Program-made: the position numbers and the translations under genes
Notes under the pieces: model-generated
Told to the model about the DNA's origin: nothing
Seen by the model: the letters and a program-made list of their open reading frames with translations, nothing else
Databases searched by the model: none
DNA from: Eggerthellaceae bacterium UBA5808
Lineage (GTDB): Bacteria; Actinomycetota; Coriobacteriia; Coriobacteriales; Eggerthellaceae
Direction of reading: 5' to 3'
Assembly: GCA_002417975.1 (NCBI GenBank)
Contig: DIDE01000061.1
Span: 828-64,827, forward strand
DNA: 64,000 bases
In this document: positions 49,800 to 58,158 of the stretch, piece by piece
Numbering within the stretch: position 1 is the first letter of the stretch
Layout of the letters: every line of letters starts with the position of its first letter

Positions 49800-50838
49800 A
49801 CGGAGCGACAAGCAGATCGGCACTACGTCGTCTTGTTCGCGTAGTCGTCGAGGACGTAGCATTGCAATCATTGTCGGGTTGGCAGTGATTTTAGTCGTGG
49901 TGTTTTTGCTTTCGGTGAGCATAGGTCGCTATGGGATAGATTTGGGCGATCTTGCGGCAAGCCTTGGCGATAGTGAATGCGATGGGACATCGTTTAATGT
50001 GCTGTTTCATCTGCGCGGCCCTCGCGTGGTGGCTGCCGCAGCTATTGGTGCGATGCTTGCTTGTGCTGGCTGTGCCTATCAGGGATTATTCCGCAATCCG
50101 TTGGTATCACCAGATTTACTGGGTGCATCGGCTGGTGCATGTTTTGGCGCAGCTCTGGGCATATTGATGGGGCTGAGCGGATTTGGCATGCAAGTACTAG
50201 CGTTTGCGAGTGGCGTTGCGGCAGTTTCGCTGGCGTACGGGCTTTCTAAAAAATTGTCGAAAGCTATGAGCGGGGTACTGGTATTAGTACTGTGTGGCTT
50301 GGTTATTCAGAATTTGTTTACGGCGTTTACCTCTGCAATTAAGTTTATGGCAGACCCGAATTCTCAATTGCCCGAGATTACGTTTTGGCTGATGGGAGGA
50401 TTGGCAAACGTTCGCGAGGATGATTTGCTGTGGTTGGCGGTGCCTCTTGTAATTGGCTGCGGCGGAATGTTTGCCATGCGCTGGCGACTCAATGTGATGA
50501 GCTGCGGTGACGAGGAAGCGGCATCGTTGGGCGTGAATGTTAAGCGGACGCGGCTTGTTGTGGTGGCGTGTGCCACGTTGGCAACATCTGCAGCTGTATC
50601 TGTTGCTGGCATGGTGGGATGGGTCGGATTGATTATTCCTCATTTGGCGCGATTTTTGGTAGGACCTGACAATAGGTTTTTGGTTCCCGCGTCGTTTTTG
50701 CTCGGAGGATCATTTTTAGTTTTGGTAGATGACGTGTGCCGAAGTGTGTATACCACCGAGATCCCGCTTTCTATTTTGACGGCCATTATAGGTGCGCCCT
50801 TGTTTGTGTATCTGATTTATCACTCAAGGAGGCTTTAA
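49786..50838 (+). CDS. FecCD/BtuC-family ABC permease (iron-siderophore/cobalamin/heme type)
   Basis: 350 aa, about 10 TM segments, with PRVVAAAAIGAMLACAGCAYQGLFRNPLVSPDLLGASAGA, which is typical of FecCD permeases. Confidence 0.88.
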   Translation: MPMNKRSDKQIGTTSSCSRSRRGRSIAIIVGLAVILVVVFLLSVSIGRYGIDLGDLAASLGDSECDGTSFNVLFHLRGPRVVAAAAIGAMLACAGCAYQGLFRNPLVSPDLLGASAGACFGAALGILMGLSGFGMQVLAFASGVAAVSLAYGLSKKLSKAMSGVLVLVLCGLVIQNLFTAFTSAIKFMADPNSQLPEITFWLMGGLANVREDDLLWLAVPLVIGCGGMFAMRWRLNVMSCGDEEAASLGVNVKRTRLVVVACATLATSAAVSVAGMVGWVGLIIPHLARFLVGPDNRFLVPASFLLGGSFLVLVDDVCRSVYTTEIPLSILTAIIGAPLFVYLIYHSRRL

Positions 50839-50839
50839 C

Positions 50840-51805
50840 ATGCCTACCATTGATGCGTTTAAAAAACCAGTTTTGAATGTTAACCATTTAGCCTGCGGAT
50901 ACGATGGACGTGCCGTTGTTACAGACGTCACGTTTAGCGTACAGGCGGGCGAAGTGCTGACCATCTTGGGCCCTAATGGTGTTGGCAAAACGACGCTGTT
51001 CAAAACGCTGCTGGGATTTATGCCTGCGCTATCGGGTGAGATGAGACTCTGCGGCGAGGATGTGTCCGATTGGACGCGTAAACGATTTGCTTCGGTAGTT
51101 GCGTATATTCCGCAGCAGCATAATCCTGCGTTTCCGTTTAGCGTGTCCGAGTTTGTGCTGATGGGACGGACGCCTTCGATAGGGACACTGTCGACGCCCG
51201 ATGCTCACGATGCACAGATTGCGCATGAAGCGTTAGTACGATTAGGAATTGAATCGTTGAGCGAGCGTGATTATACGTCGCTTTCGGGTGGCGAACGGCA
51301 GATGGTACTTATTGCGCGTGCTCTTGCGCAACAGCCGCAGGTGTTAGTGATGGACGAACCGTGTGCCAGCTTGGACTATGGCAATCAGGTTCGTTTGCTT
51401 GAACAGGTGATTGATCTAACACATGACGGATTGTCTGTAGTGATGACGACACATGATCCAAACCATGCATTTATGGTGGGCGGCAAGGTTTTTTGTATGG
51501 GGCGATCGGAGCATTTTACCTACGGTGCGGTGAGTGACGTTTTGAATGAACGTACGTTGCAAGATTTGTATGGCGTCGAAGTGGGCATTGCTCCGGCTAC
51601 GGCTTCGGATGGAACCGTGGTGAATGGCTGTATCCCGTTTTTGGGGAGCGCCGCACGCAGGGAAGCTGGACGTGGAAGTGTAGTTGAGGCTACAAGCGTG
51701 TCGCCGAATGTGCATACGGCGATTGCTACAGATAAGTCGAATGCTGTAGATAAGTCGAATGCTACAGATAAGCCGAATGATCGTCGATTTCGAAAGGCTC
51801 TGTAA
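50840..51805 (+). CDS. ABC ATP-binding protein (FepC/BtuD type) with a repeat-containing C-terminal tail
   Basis: Walker A GPNGVGKTTLF, signature LSGGERQMVLIARAL and Walker B LVMDEPCASLD. The tail carries DKSNA repeats. Confidence 0.9.
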   Translation: MPTIDAFKKPVLNVNHLACGYDGRAVVTDVTFSVQAGEVLTILGPNGVGKTTLFKTLLGFMPALSGEMRLCGEDVSDWTRKRFASVVAYIPQQHNPAFPFSVSEFVLMGRTPSIGTLSTPDAHDAQIAHEALVRLGIESLSERDYTSLSGGERQMVLIARALAQQPQVLVMDEPCASLDYGNQVRLLEQVIDLTHDGLSVVMTTHDPNHAFMVGGKVFCMGRSEHFTYGAVSDVLNERTLQDLYGVEVGIAPATASDGTVVNGCIPFLGSAARREAGRGSVVEATSVSPNVHTAIATDKSNAVDKSNATDKPNDRRFRKAL

Positions 51806-52995
51806 TGGACAACAATAAACACTATGCCATTCAATCGATGACGCGCCGGCAGTTTGCGCGCGCGACAACAAAAGGTCTTGCGGTTTGTATAGGCGCTGTT
51901 GCAAGTGGTGGTGCGTTGCAGTTGCTTTCGGGATGCACGCTCAAGCCTGGCAAACATGGGGAATTGCGTCATGTGGACGATATGCTGGGGCGCGATGTGT
52001 CGGTACCTGTTCGCGTTGATACCGTGTTCTGCTCTAATCCTATTGGCACGGTTGATCTGTATATTCTTGCGCCTGAACATCTTTCGGGATGGAATTTTAG
52101 GCCATCGGGCGACAATAAAAAATATATCAAAGACGAATACATGGCGTTGTCTTCGTTAGGCGTGTGGATGGGTGCTGGCACAACGCCAAATGACGAGGAG
52201 ATTGTTAAGCAGAATCCTGATGTGATCTTGTGCTATTGGACTGCTGATGATGTTGGGTATGAGATGGCGGAAAACGTGCAGGATGAAACAGGTGTTGGCA
52301 CGCTGGCTATCGATTACGATTTGCGATCGGCTCCAGACATGTTCCGCTATGTTGCATCGTTACTCGGAGTAGAGGAGCGAGGCGAGACTATCGCGTCGTT
52401 CTGCGAGCAGAAGCTTGCTCGTATTAGTGCGATTGCGGCAACAATTCCTGAGGCGGAACGCAAATCAATTTATTTGGCTCAGGGAGAAGGCGGACTTTCT
52501 ACTGATCCGGTGGGATCGATGCATGTGACCGATGCACTGGAATTAATTGGTGTGCGCAACGTTGCCGATTTGCCTGGTACGCAGGGCAAAGGTATGGGTA
52601 TGCCAACGGTGAATCTGGAACAGATTATCAACTGGAAACCCGATGCGGTGTTGGCGAGCGAATACAGCATGAGTGATGCAGAGAGTTCGGATCTTTACGA
52701 TGAAATATTGACGGACGCTAATTGGCGCAATGTTCCCTGCGTAAAAAGTGGTGCGGTGTATCGTATTCCGCAGTCGCCATTTTCGTGGTTTGGGCGTCCG
52801 CCATCGGTTATGCGTGTGTTGGGATGCTTGTGGCTGCTTAAGATTCTCTACCCTGAATACACCCAAGACGTAAACATGGTGCAGGAAACGCGCGAGACAT
52901 ATGACCTGTTCTACGATATCCAACTGACGCAGACGCAATTGAACAATATCCTGACTACGGCGGGCATTGATCCCGAGACTGGGCAGGTGAAGTAA
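51805..52995 (+). CDS. Substrate-binding lipoprotein (BtuF/FhuD-type periplasmic binding protein) with a Tat-like signal
   Basis: TRRQFARATTKG...LLSGC gives a twin-arginine motif plus a lipobox. Last gene of the importer; TAATG overlap with the ATPase stop. Confidence 0.8.
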   Translation: MDNNKHYAIQSMTRRQFARATTKGLAVCIGAVASGGALQLLSGCTLKPGKHGELRHVDDMLGRDVSVPVRVDTVFCSNPIGTVDLYILAPEHLSGWNFRPSGDNKKYIKDEYMALSSLGVWMGAGTTPNDEEIVKQNPDVILCYWTADDVGYEMAENVQDETGVGTLAIDYDLRSAPDMFRYVASLLGVEERGETIASFCEQKLARISAIAATIPEAERKSIYLAQGEGGLSTDPVGSMHVTDALELIGVRNVADLPGTQGKGMGMPTVNLEQIINWKPDAVLASEYSMSDAESSDLYDEILTDANWRNVPCVKSGAVYRIPQSPFSWFGRPPSVMRVLGCLWLLKILYPEYTQDVNMVQETRETYDLFYDIQLTQTQLNNILTTAGIDPETGQVK

Positions 52996-53020
52996 GGGAA
53001 TGGCGTGCAGCTAGAAAGGC

Positions 53021-54067
53021 TTAGTCGTTTAGCTTTTTCGCTAAAGAATGAAGTTTGTTTCTATTAGTTGGAAGCCAATTTGAATAAACGAAAATAATTG
53101 CATCTTTCTCAGTGATTTTCTGATACTTTTGTTTTTCTAATCCTTTAGGTGGTTGTTTACGTAGAAGCGGATGGTCTATGCCTAACCTTTTCTGAGACCA
53201 CTGCGTATTGAATAAACATTTAGTATCAATTGTCGAATTAATGAGTTGCCTAATGTCGCTATGATCGTTACAGGTGAATCTATTAGTGTATTTGTTACTA
53301 TTGGTATTTTTATTTTCCGCTGAATTGGATGAATGATTTATTTCATCATCGTTCTTAACTGCGCAGGGAAGTATAGTGCCAAGGACGGAATCTAGGCAAT
53401 TTGACGAAGGTGTAAGAACACCAACTCCTGAATTATATTGTTGCGGGTGTTCGGTTGCCCATATTGAGCGTTCAACTGTTTGGCAGTACTGTTCTGTTTC
53501 CCTGCCGCAAAAGAGCCACACGGATTTTATTTGTTCGTCTGGATTTAACGCTGCAATGTCAGATTTATATTTAAGAATCGACTCTCCTAATCTTCCCTGT
53601 GGAAACCTTCTGCATAGCGAGTCCCCTCTACTGAACTTTGCATCGAAAATAAAATTATGTTTTGTGCCCAGCGCATCGCGGACTGATAAAAGATAATCAG
53701 GAGTCCAATACGATGGCTTGTGATACTGAATACTTTTTTGAGAAGCAGATAAGCGATGAAGTGCGATATCATATTCTTCTGTTTCGTCACCGTAAATAAC
53801 CGGTTGATAATAGAGACACACATGTGTGTTCTTCGAACATAAATGGTAAACCGTGGCAACTTGGTCTTCATTTTTAAAATATGGATTCTTAAGGCTGTAA
53901 TGTGCTTTTATGATTGGCTGTTTGTAGCGCATGTCCTCATGAAAATCATGTAGATTAAGCCATAATAGCAATTTGTAGAGTACATAGTATTCATAGAGTT
54001 TATCGGTTCTAAATAGATGCAACGATAAGTTTTCATTTTCGAGCGTGGAATCACCAAAAAAATCCAA
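53021..54067 (-). CDS. McrC-like nuclease, C-terminal fragment (PD-(D/E)xK core); frame-disrupted
   Basis: KLYEYYVLYKLL then YWTPDYLL...HNFIFDAKFS (D...DxK nuclease motif). The ORF-track start is a TTG with no RBS. Overlaps the upstream fragment out of frame by 160 nt. Confidence 0.65.
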   Translation of the reverse strand: MDFFGDSTLENENLSLHLFRTDKLYEYYVLYKLLLWLNLHDFHEDMRYKQPIIKAHYSLKNPYFKNEDQVATVYHLCSKNTHVCLYYQPVIYGDETEEYDIALHRLSASQKSIQYHKPSYWTPDYLLSVRDALGTKHNFIFDAKFSRGDSLCRRFPQGRLGESILKYKSDIAALNPDEQIKSVWLFCGRETEQYCQTVERSIWATEHPQQYNSGVGVLTPSSNCLDSVLGTILPCAVKNDDEINHSSNSAENKNTNSNKYTNRFTCNDHSDIRQLINSTIDTKCLFNTQWSQKRLGIDHPLLRKQPPKGLEKQKYQKITEKDAIIFVYSNWLPTNRNKLHSLAKKLND

Positions 54068-55308
54068 CGTTGCATAAGTTTAAAAAATACAGAGTACGCC
54101 TCAATTTCCTGAAAAACCTTTGAGTATTGGAGGGGCGCTGTAAAAGTAGGCTTAACGTTTGGTAATGCCTGACTATAGATTCGGTTTATTGCTTGAATAC
54201 GTTTTAGTAATGGCTTAATTCGGTTGATGAAGGAAATATCTCTATCTTTATATTGAGTAATTACAGTTAAAGAGGGTAGGAAAAAACCAGGTTGGATTTT
54301 GCCCGATAAATCATTTTCAATTGTTTGGAGCGAAGTAATTGCTCCTTCCAATGAGTTACGTAGCGTATTAGTTTTTCGTAAGACGGCTTGTATAAATCCA
54401 AGAATCAATCGGTTCTCATACGTATTAAAACTCTTAGCATTTTGGTTCGTCTTAATATATCTTGGCATATAGAAATTGTTTTGGTATTGTATCCCAGTTT
54501 TTGATTGCGTCTTTTCAAGAATATTTTCATTTTTAAGAAGCCATAATTGTTCTTTACAACCAAGCTTATGAACTTGATGGGGGGAAAGGCGAATTGGATG
54601 CTTAACGATACGACAATATCGATGTGCTCTAAAAGCAGTAATATTTTCCTCATAGGTTGATGCTATTTTTTCGATGAGCTGTATAAGGGAAAGCATAGAT
54701 TTTGGAGCATTTTTATTTAATGACCCTTCCAGGATTGAATACTGCTCGGAATTGCTTGTGCCTTGAGTAAACATCCAATTTAGTACAGTTCTGTTGCCGA
54801 TATCTAAGAGTTCTTCTAGCATCTGAGTAATAAATTGGTGTTGCTCAGGCGTTTGACTTTGGCATGGGATATCCTGTGTTGTAAAAATGAATGGAGAGTC
54901 AGCAGAAGATTGAAATGTAACGCTAACTTGAATTCTGGCAAATCCATAAATAAGCGTGAATAATCTATCTTTGTATTTATCTATACAGAACGATGTTTTA
55001 TAGAAAGGCTCTTTAGATGAATTCTTGACAGTTTGTTGTGCTTTAAGACTTATCTCATCAGAACCATTTACGCTTAGTTTACATTCAATGATTGGCGAGT
55101 TGGACTGAAAGAGCAAGGCAATACCGTACTGATAATTCTCCGACACAATTCCTTCGGTTGATGGAGAAATGTAATCAGGAAATGAAGAGTAGTCGTATAA
55201 AGAAAAATTTTGGGTACTCTTTTCAGAAGGACTAGTAAGTTGGATAATTCCTCTACGTTTTGATCTAAACGAAGTATTGGTAGAATCCATCGTTTTGTCC
55301 ATAATCAA
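53908..55308 (-). CDS. McrC-like protein, N-terminal (DUF2357-like) fragment; meaningful only down to ~54057
   Basis: 466-aa ORF whose start overlaps the stop of the AAA+ gene. The last ~49 aa after RWIF are Cys/Tyr/Met-rich out-of-frame-looking sequence. The frame switch coincides with A7 at 54056-54062 (T7 on the coding strand). Confidence 0.6.
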   Translation of the reverse strand: MIMDKTMDSTNTSFRSKRRGIIQLTSPSEKSTQNFSLYDYSSFPDYISPSTEGIVSENYQYGIALLFQSNSPIIECKLSVNGSDEISLKAQQTVKNSSKEPFYKTSFCIDKYKDRLFTLIYGFARIQVSVTFQSSADSPFIFTTQDIPCQSQTPEQHQFITQMLEELLDIGNRTVLNWMFTQGTSNSEQYSILEGSLNKNAPKSMLSLIQLIEKIASTYEENITAFRAHRYCRIVKHPIRLSPHQVHKLGCKEQLWLLKNENILEKTQSKTGIQYQNNFYMPRYIKTNQNAKSFNTYENRLILGFIQAVLRKTNTLRNSLEGAITSLQTIENDLSGKIQPGFFLPSLTVITQYKDRDISFINRIKPLLKRIQAINRIYSQALPNVKPTFTAPLQYSKVFQEIEAYSVFFKLMQRWIFLVIPRSKMKTYRCIYLEPINSMNTMYSTNCYYGLIYMIFMRTCATNSQS

Positions 55309-57883
55309 TCATACGGCTAAGTCGTTTTTGGGTTATTTCCATTGATGAACAATTATCTTTCAATTCTTCTAAGAGTTTTTCGATGTGCTCGTTAGCTCCT
55401 GAGATCATTGGAAGCACTTTTTGCGAAAAAGCGTAGTCAAGCGGTGCAAGCCCAGTATCTTTAGAGTCAATGTCCATAAGTTGTACAGCTGTAGAGATGT
55501 AATCTTTCATCATTAATTGACTACGTGGCGATACTGGAAAATGATTTGAATTGCAAATATTTAAAAGATTAGAAAATTGTAGATAAATATCGGAAGGAAT
55601 TTTGTTTGTATCATTGTATCCAAAAATTTTTGTTAAGCGATTATACGAATAGGTATGAAATGGCTTGTTATCGGAGTGAGCGTCGTATAAGTTCTCACTA
55701 AAATCAAGTCGGGCTGGATCAAGCGTAATGACCCAACTCCGATCTAAAAATCTTTGTGATAAAAGTTCAGTTGTATGGTCGAAATTAACTGTTGCTAAAA
55801 ATCTTACATAGGACGGTAGATGCCATGTGCTATTGCCACCGAGAGGGATAGAAACTCCGTGGGAAGCGAAAGAGTCACATGCGTGCAGAAATGGTGACCA
55901 ATAGTGTTCTATTGGGCTTAGATTTGCTTCATCAAGAAGGAAAATATACGGAGGAATTGCATTAAGTTGGTCGTCCTCGTTTGCGAGAGCGTGCATCGCA
56001 TCAAAAACGGTTGAATTTACCTTTTCGTATGTAGTGGTAAGAGGGCTATAGTAGCCAATATAGTCTTTATACGATGTCCAACCATTTTCGACATCTATTT
56101 CAGTAAAACGTGAAACTGGATCGTCTTCACTATACAGACCGAGGGCTTTAGCGAGGATATTGCATAAACTTGTTTTCCCTGTTCCAGGCTGTCCTGCAAA
56201 TGTTGTTATATAACCCTGCGTTAAACAGATCATGAAATTAATTATGTCATTACGCGTATAATCTCTCCCGGCGGTTTCGATTATTGCATCGCTAAGAGAC
56301 GTAATAACATCATTATCAGAAAGAGAACTTTCGTCTTGATCAGTTCTACGAAGAAGATTAATTGTTTGGGGAATTGTATCTTTGACTTTTGTGCCAGAAA
56401 CAGCATCAACAACTTTGTTCAGCAGTTTACTTTCAAGGAGTTTACTTGACATAGCTACATCATCATTAATACTATCTATAGTTTTGTTAATATTGGTTTC
56501 TAGATCTTTTTCCTTGTTTGAAAGATTTTCGTAGTCTTTAGCAGCGTTGTTAAGCTCTTTCTTTCTTTGCTCGATCTCCTGATCTAGTTTTTTAAGCTCG
56601 TCGTTCTTTTTGCTAAGTGCTTGATCCTGAATTTCACCAAACTGTTCTTCCGCTCTTTTTTTCTCCACTTGAGCGGTACTAATATCATTATTAATACGGG
56701 CTAGTGTATAGCGTGCTTCTTTTTGTTGATTCTCTAATGCGTCTAGGGATGCTTGTAGTTTTTGTTTCTCTTGCTCGACTTGCGCTCGCATTTGATCTTG
56801 AATAGTGCTGCTGTTAACCAATGCCTGCTTAATAGGAGAATCTGTTTGCGCAAGTATGCGCTTAATATCTTCAGGTTTTATCGAACTTGCAACAGTATCT
56901 AAGATATTCTTTGGTATTTTTGGAAACTTTTCTACGTTGGAAATAATCGATTCAAGACGATCTATTCGTGATGCATCAAAGTTGATCTGGTTTGTTGGGT
57001 CGGCATAGTTTCGTAATGTCTGCTTTAGATTCTTTTTTTGGCTTTTGCTAAGTTTTGTGATGCTCGTTGACTCATTAATTATACGACTAATGTATTCAAG
57101 TAATTTTGTATCGGGAAGCCAGTCGAGGCTATTACCAGAATCAAATAAAGGTTTTAAGCAAGTTTCATCAATGAATCTTGCGCGGATAGTATGATTTTTG
57201 TCTCTTAGCGGTAGGACATCTTTAATTTGCTCTGCATCGATTTTCAAGACATGGTAATCGTTTGATTCAATTGCACTAATGGTAATAGTGTTGTTGTCAG
57301 TCGAATGAGTGCTATAGATGAATGGACCATAATAAACCGGGTTATTAAAGGAGTCAGTTCGTTCAATTAAAATTGCTCGGCAAATAAGATTTTCTATTGG
57401 ACTCTTAATAGGCAGAGGCTCTTTAATCGGATGCAAAAATGATACATCGTTATTTTCGAGAGACACTATTTGAATAAGCTCATGTGAATATGGATGTTTT
57501 GAAAAAGAGGTAAATTCTAGGTCTGATGTACCCTTCGAAAGAAGGGGATTAATCCTGAAACGATATTTTGAAGACAGCTCAACAGATGGTTCGTAATAAT
57601 CATTGTGATCTAGATAATTTTTATTGATCTTTGCGATAACTATAGGCGTGTATTTCATTGCTATTTCATCTAATGGTATGTTTCCTAAAATAACGCCTTG
57701 AAAACATCCTGCATTTGGAAAAATATCACTTTGGATTGGATGCCATCCAGATTGATCTTTGAGAAATTGAGGGTATACATAGCATGATTGACCAGTGACA
57801 GGGTATTCAACCCATGAAAGCAAATCAGAACCTAGACATTGTTCTGCCTCATCAACGGAGTCCATTAATAATCCCCAATTCAT
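55265..57883 (-). CDS. McrB-family AAA+ NTPase with an unrecognised N-terminal domain and a central coiled-coil
   Basis: 872 aa with Walker A GQPGTGKTS and Walker B IFLLDEANLS. ATVNFDHTTELLSQRFLDRS resembles the McrB TMNxxD...RRF segment. About 140 aa of heptad-like charged sequence (EQEKQKLQASLDALENQQKEA...EIEQRKKELNNAAKDYENL). Confidence 0.7.
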   Translation of the reverse strand: MNWGLLMDSVDEAEQCLGSDLLSWVEYPVTGQSCYVYPQFLKDQSGWHPIQSDIFPNAGCFQGVILGNIPLDEIAMKYTPIVIAKINKNYLDHNDYYEPSVELSSKYRFRINPLLSKGTSDLEFTSFSKHPYSHELIQIVSLENNDVSFLHPIKEPLPIKSPIENLICRAILIERTDSFNNPVYYGPFIYSTHSTDNNTITISAIESNDYHVLKIDAEQIKDVLPLRDKNHTIRARFIDETCLKPLFDSGNSLDWLPDTKLLEYISRIINESTSITKLSKSQKKNLKQTLRNYADPTNQINFDASRIDRLESIISNVEKFPKIPKNILDTVASSIKPEDIKRILAQTDSPIKQALVNSSTIQDQMRAQVEQEKQKLQASLDALENQQKEARYTLARINNDISTAQVEKKRAEEQFGEIQDQALSKKNDELKKLDQEIEQRKKELNNAAKDYENLSNKEKDLETNINKTIDSINDDVAMSSKLLESKLLNKVVDAVSGTKVKDTIPQTINLLRRTDQDESSLSDNDVITSLSDAIIETAGRDYTRNDIINFMICLTQGYITTFAGQPGTGKTSLCNILAKALGLYSEDDPVSRFTEIDVENGWTSYKDYIGYYSPLTTTYEKVNSTVFDAMHALANEDDQLNAIPPYIFLLDEANLSPIEHYWSPFLHACDSFASHGVSIPLGGNSTWHLPSYVRFLATVNFDHTTELLSQRFLDRSWVITLDPARLDFSENLYDAHSDNKPFHTYSYNRLTKIFGYNDTNKIPSDIYLQFSNLLNICNSNHFPVSPRSQLMMKDYISTAVQLMDIDSKDTGLAPLDYAFSQKVLPMISGANEHIEKLLEELKDNCSSMEITQKRLSRMIDYGQNDGFYQYFV

Positions 57884-58158
57884 ATTAGTAAAGCTAATTA
57901 AGCATGAATCATATTATGTAGCGTATATATAACATGTCTGAGTATAGTCCAAGAAAAAGATTTAGAGAGAAATTAGCTAACGGTAGCTATGAAGTAAATA
58001 AAATATTTTGCCTAGCTGGGAATTAAATGGTTCTGAGTCCCATTTATGGGACTCATATAAGAATAATAATGGCTATACTTGTCCTTTATAAGGGGAGGGA
58101 AGAACATCAAGCCTGTTTTAGCGGGTCAACAATATTGGCTTATGATGCACTGATTGAT

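Noticed and set aside
53908-54067. Reading the 160-nt overlap as two genuine overlapping genes
   Set aside because: The overlap is long and out of frame, the downstream ORF starts at a TTG with no RBS, and the junction sits on a homopolymer. A +1 repair yields a continuous DUF2357-to-nuclease protein. I kept it as an alternative in the would_refute field of the finding.
58035-58054. Perfect inverted repeat upstream of cas3, considered as a lone CRISPR repeat or leader remnant
   Set aside because: It is a single copy with no neighbouring repeats and does not resemble type I-E repeats. It is more likely an operator or an incidental hairpin, and is noted in the findings only as such.
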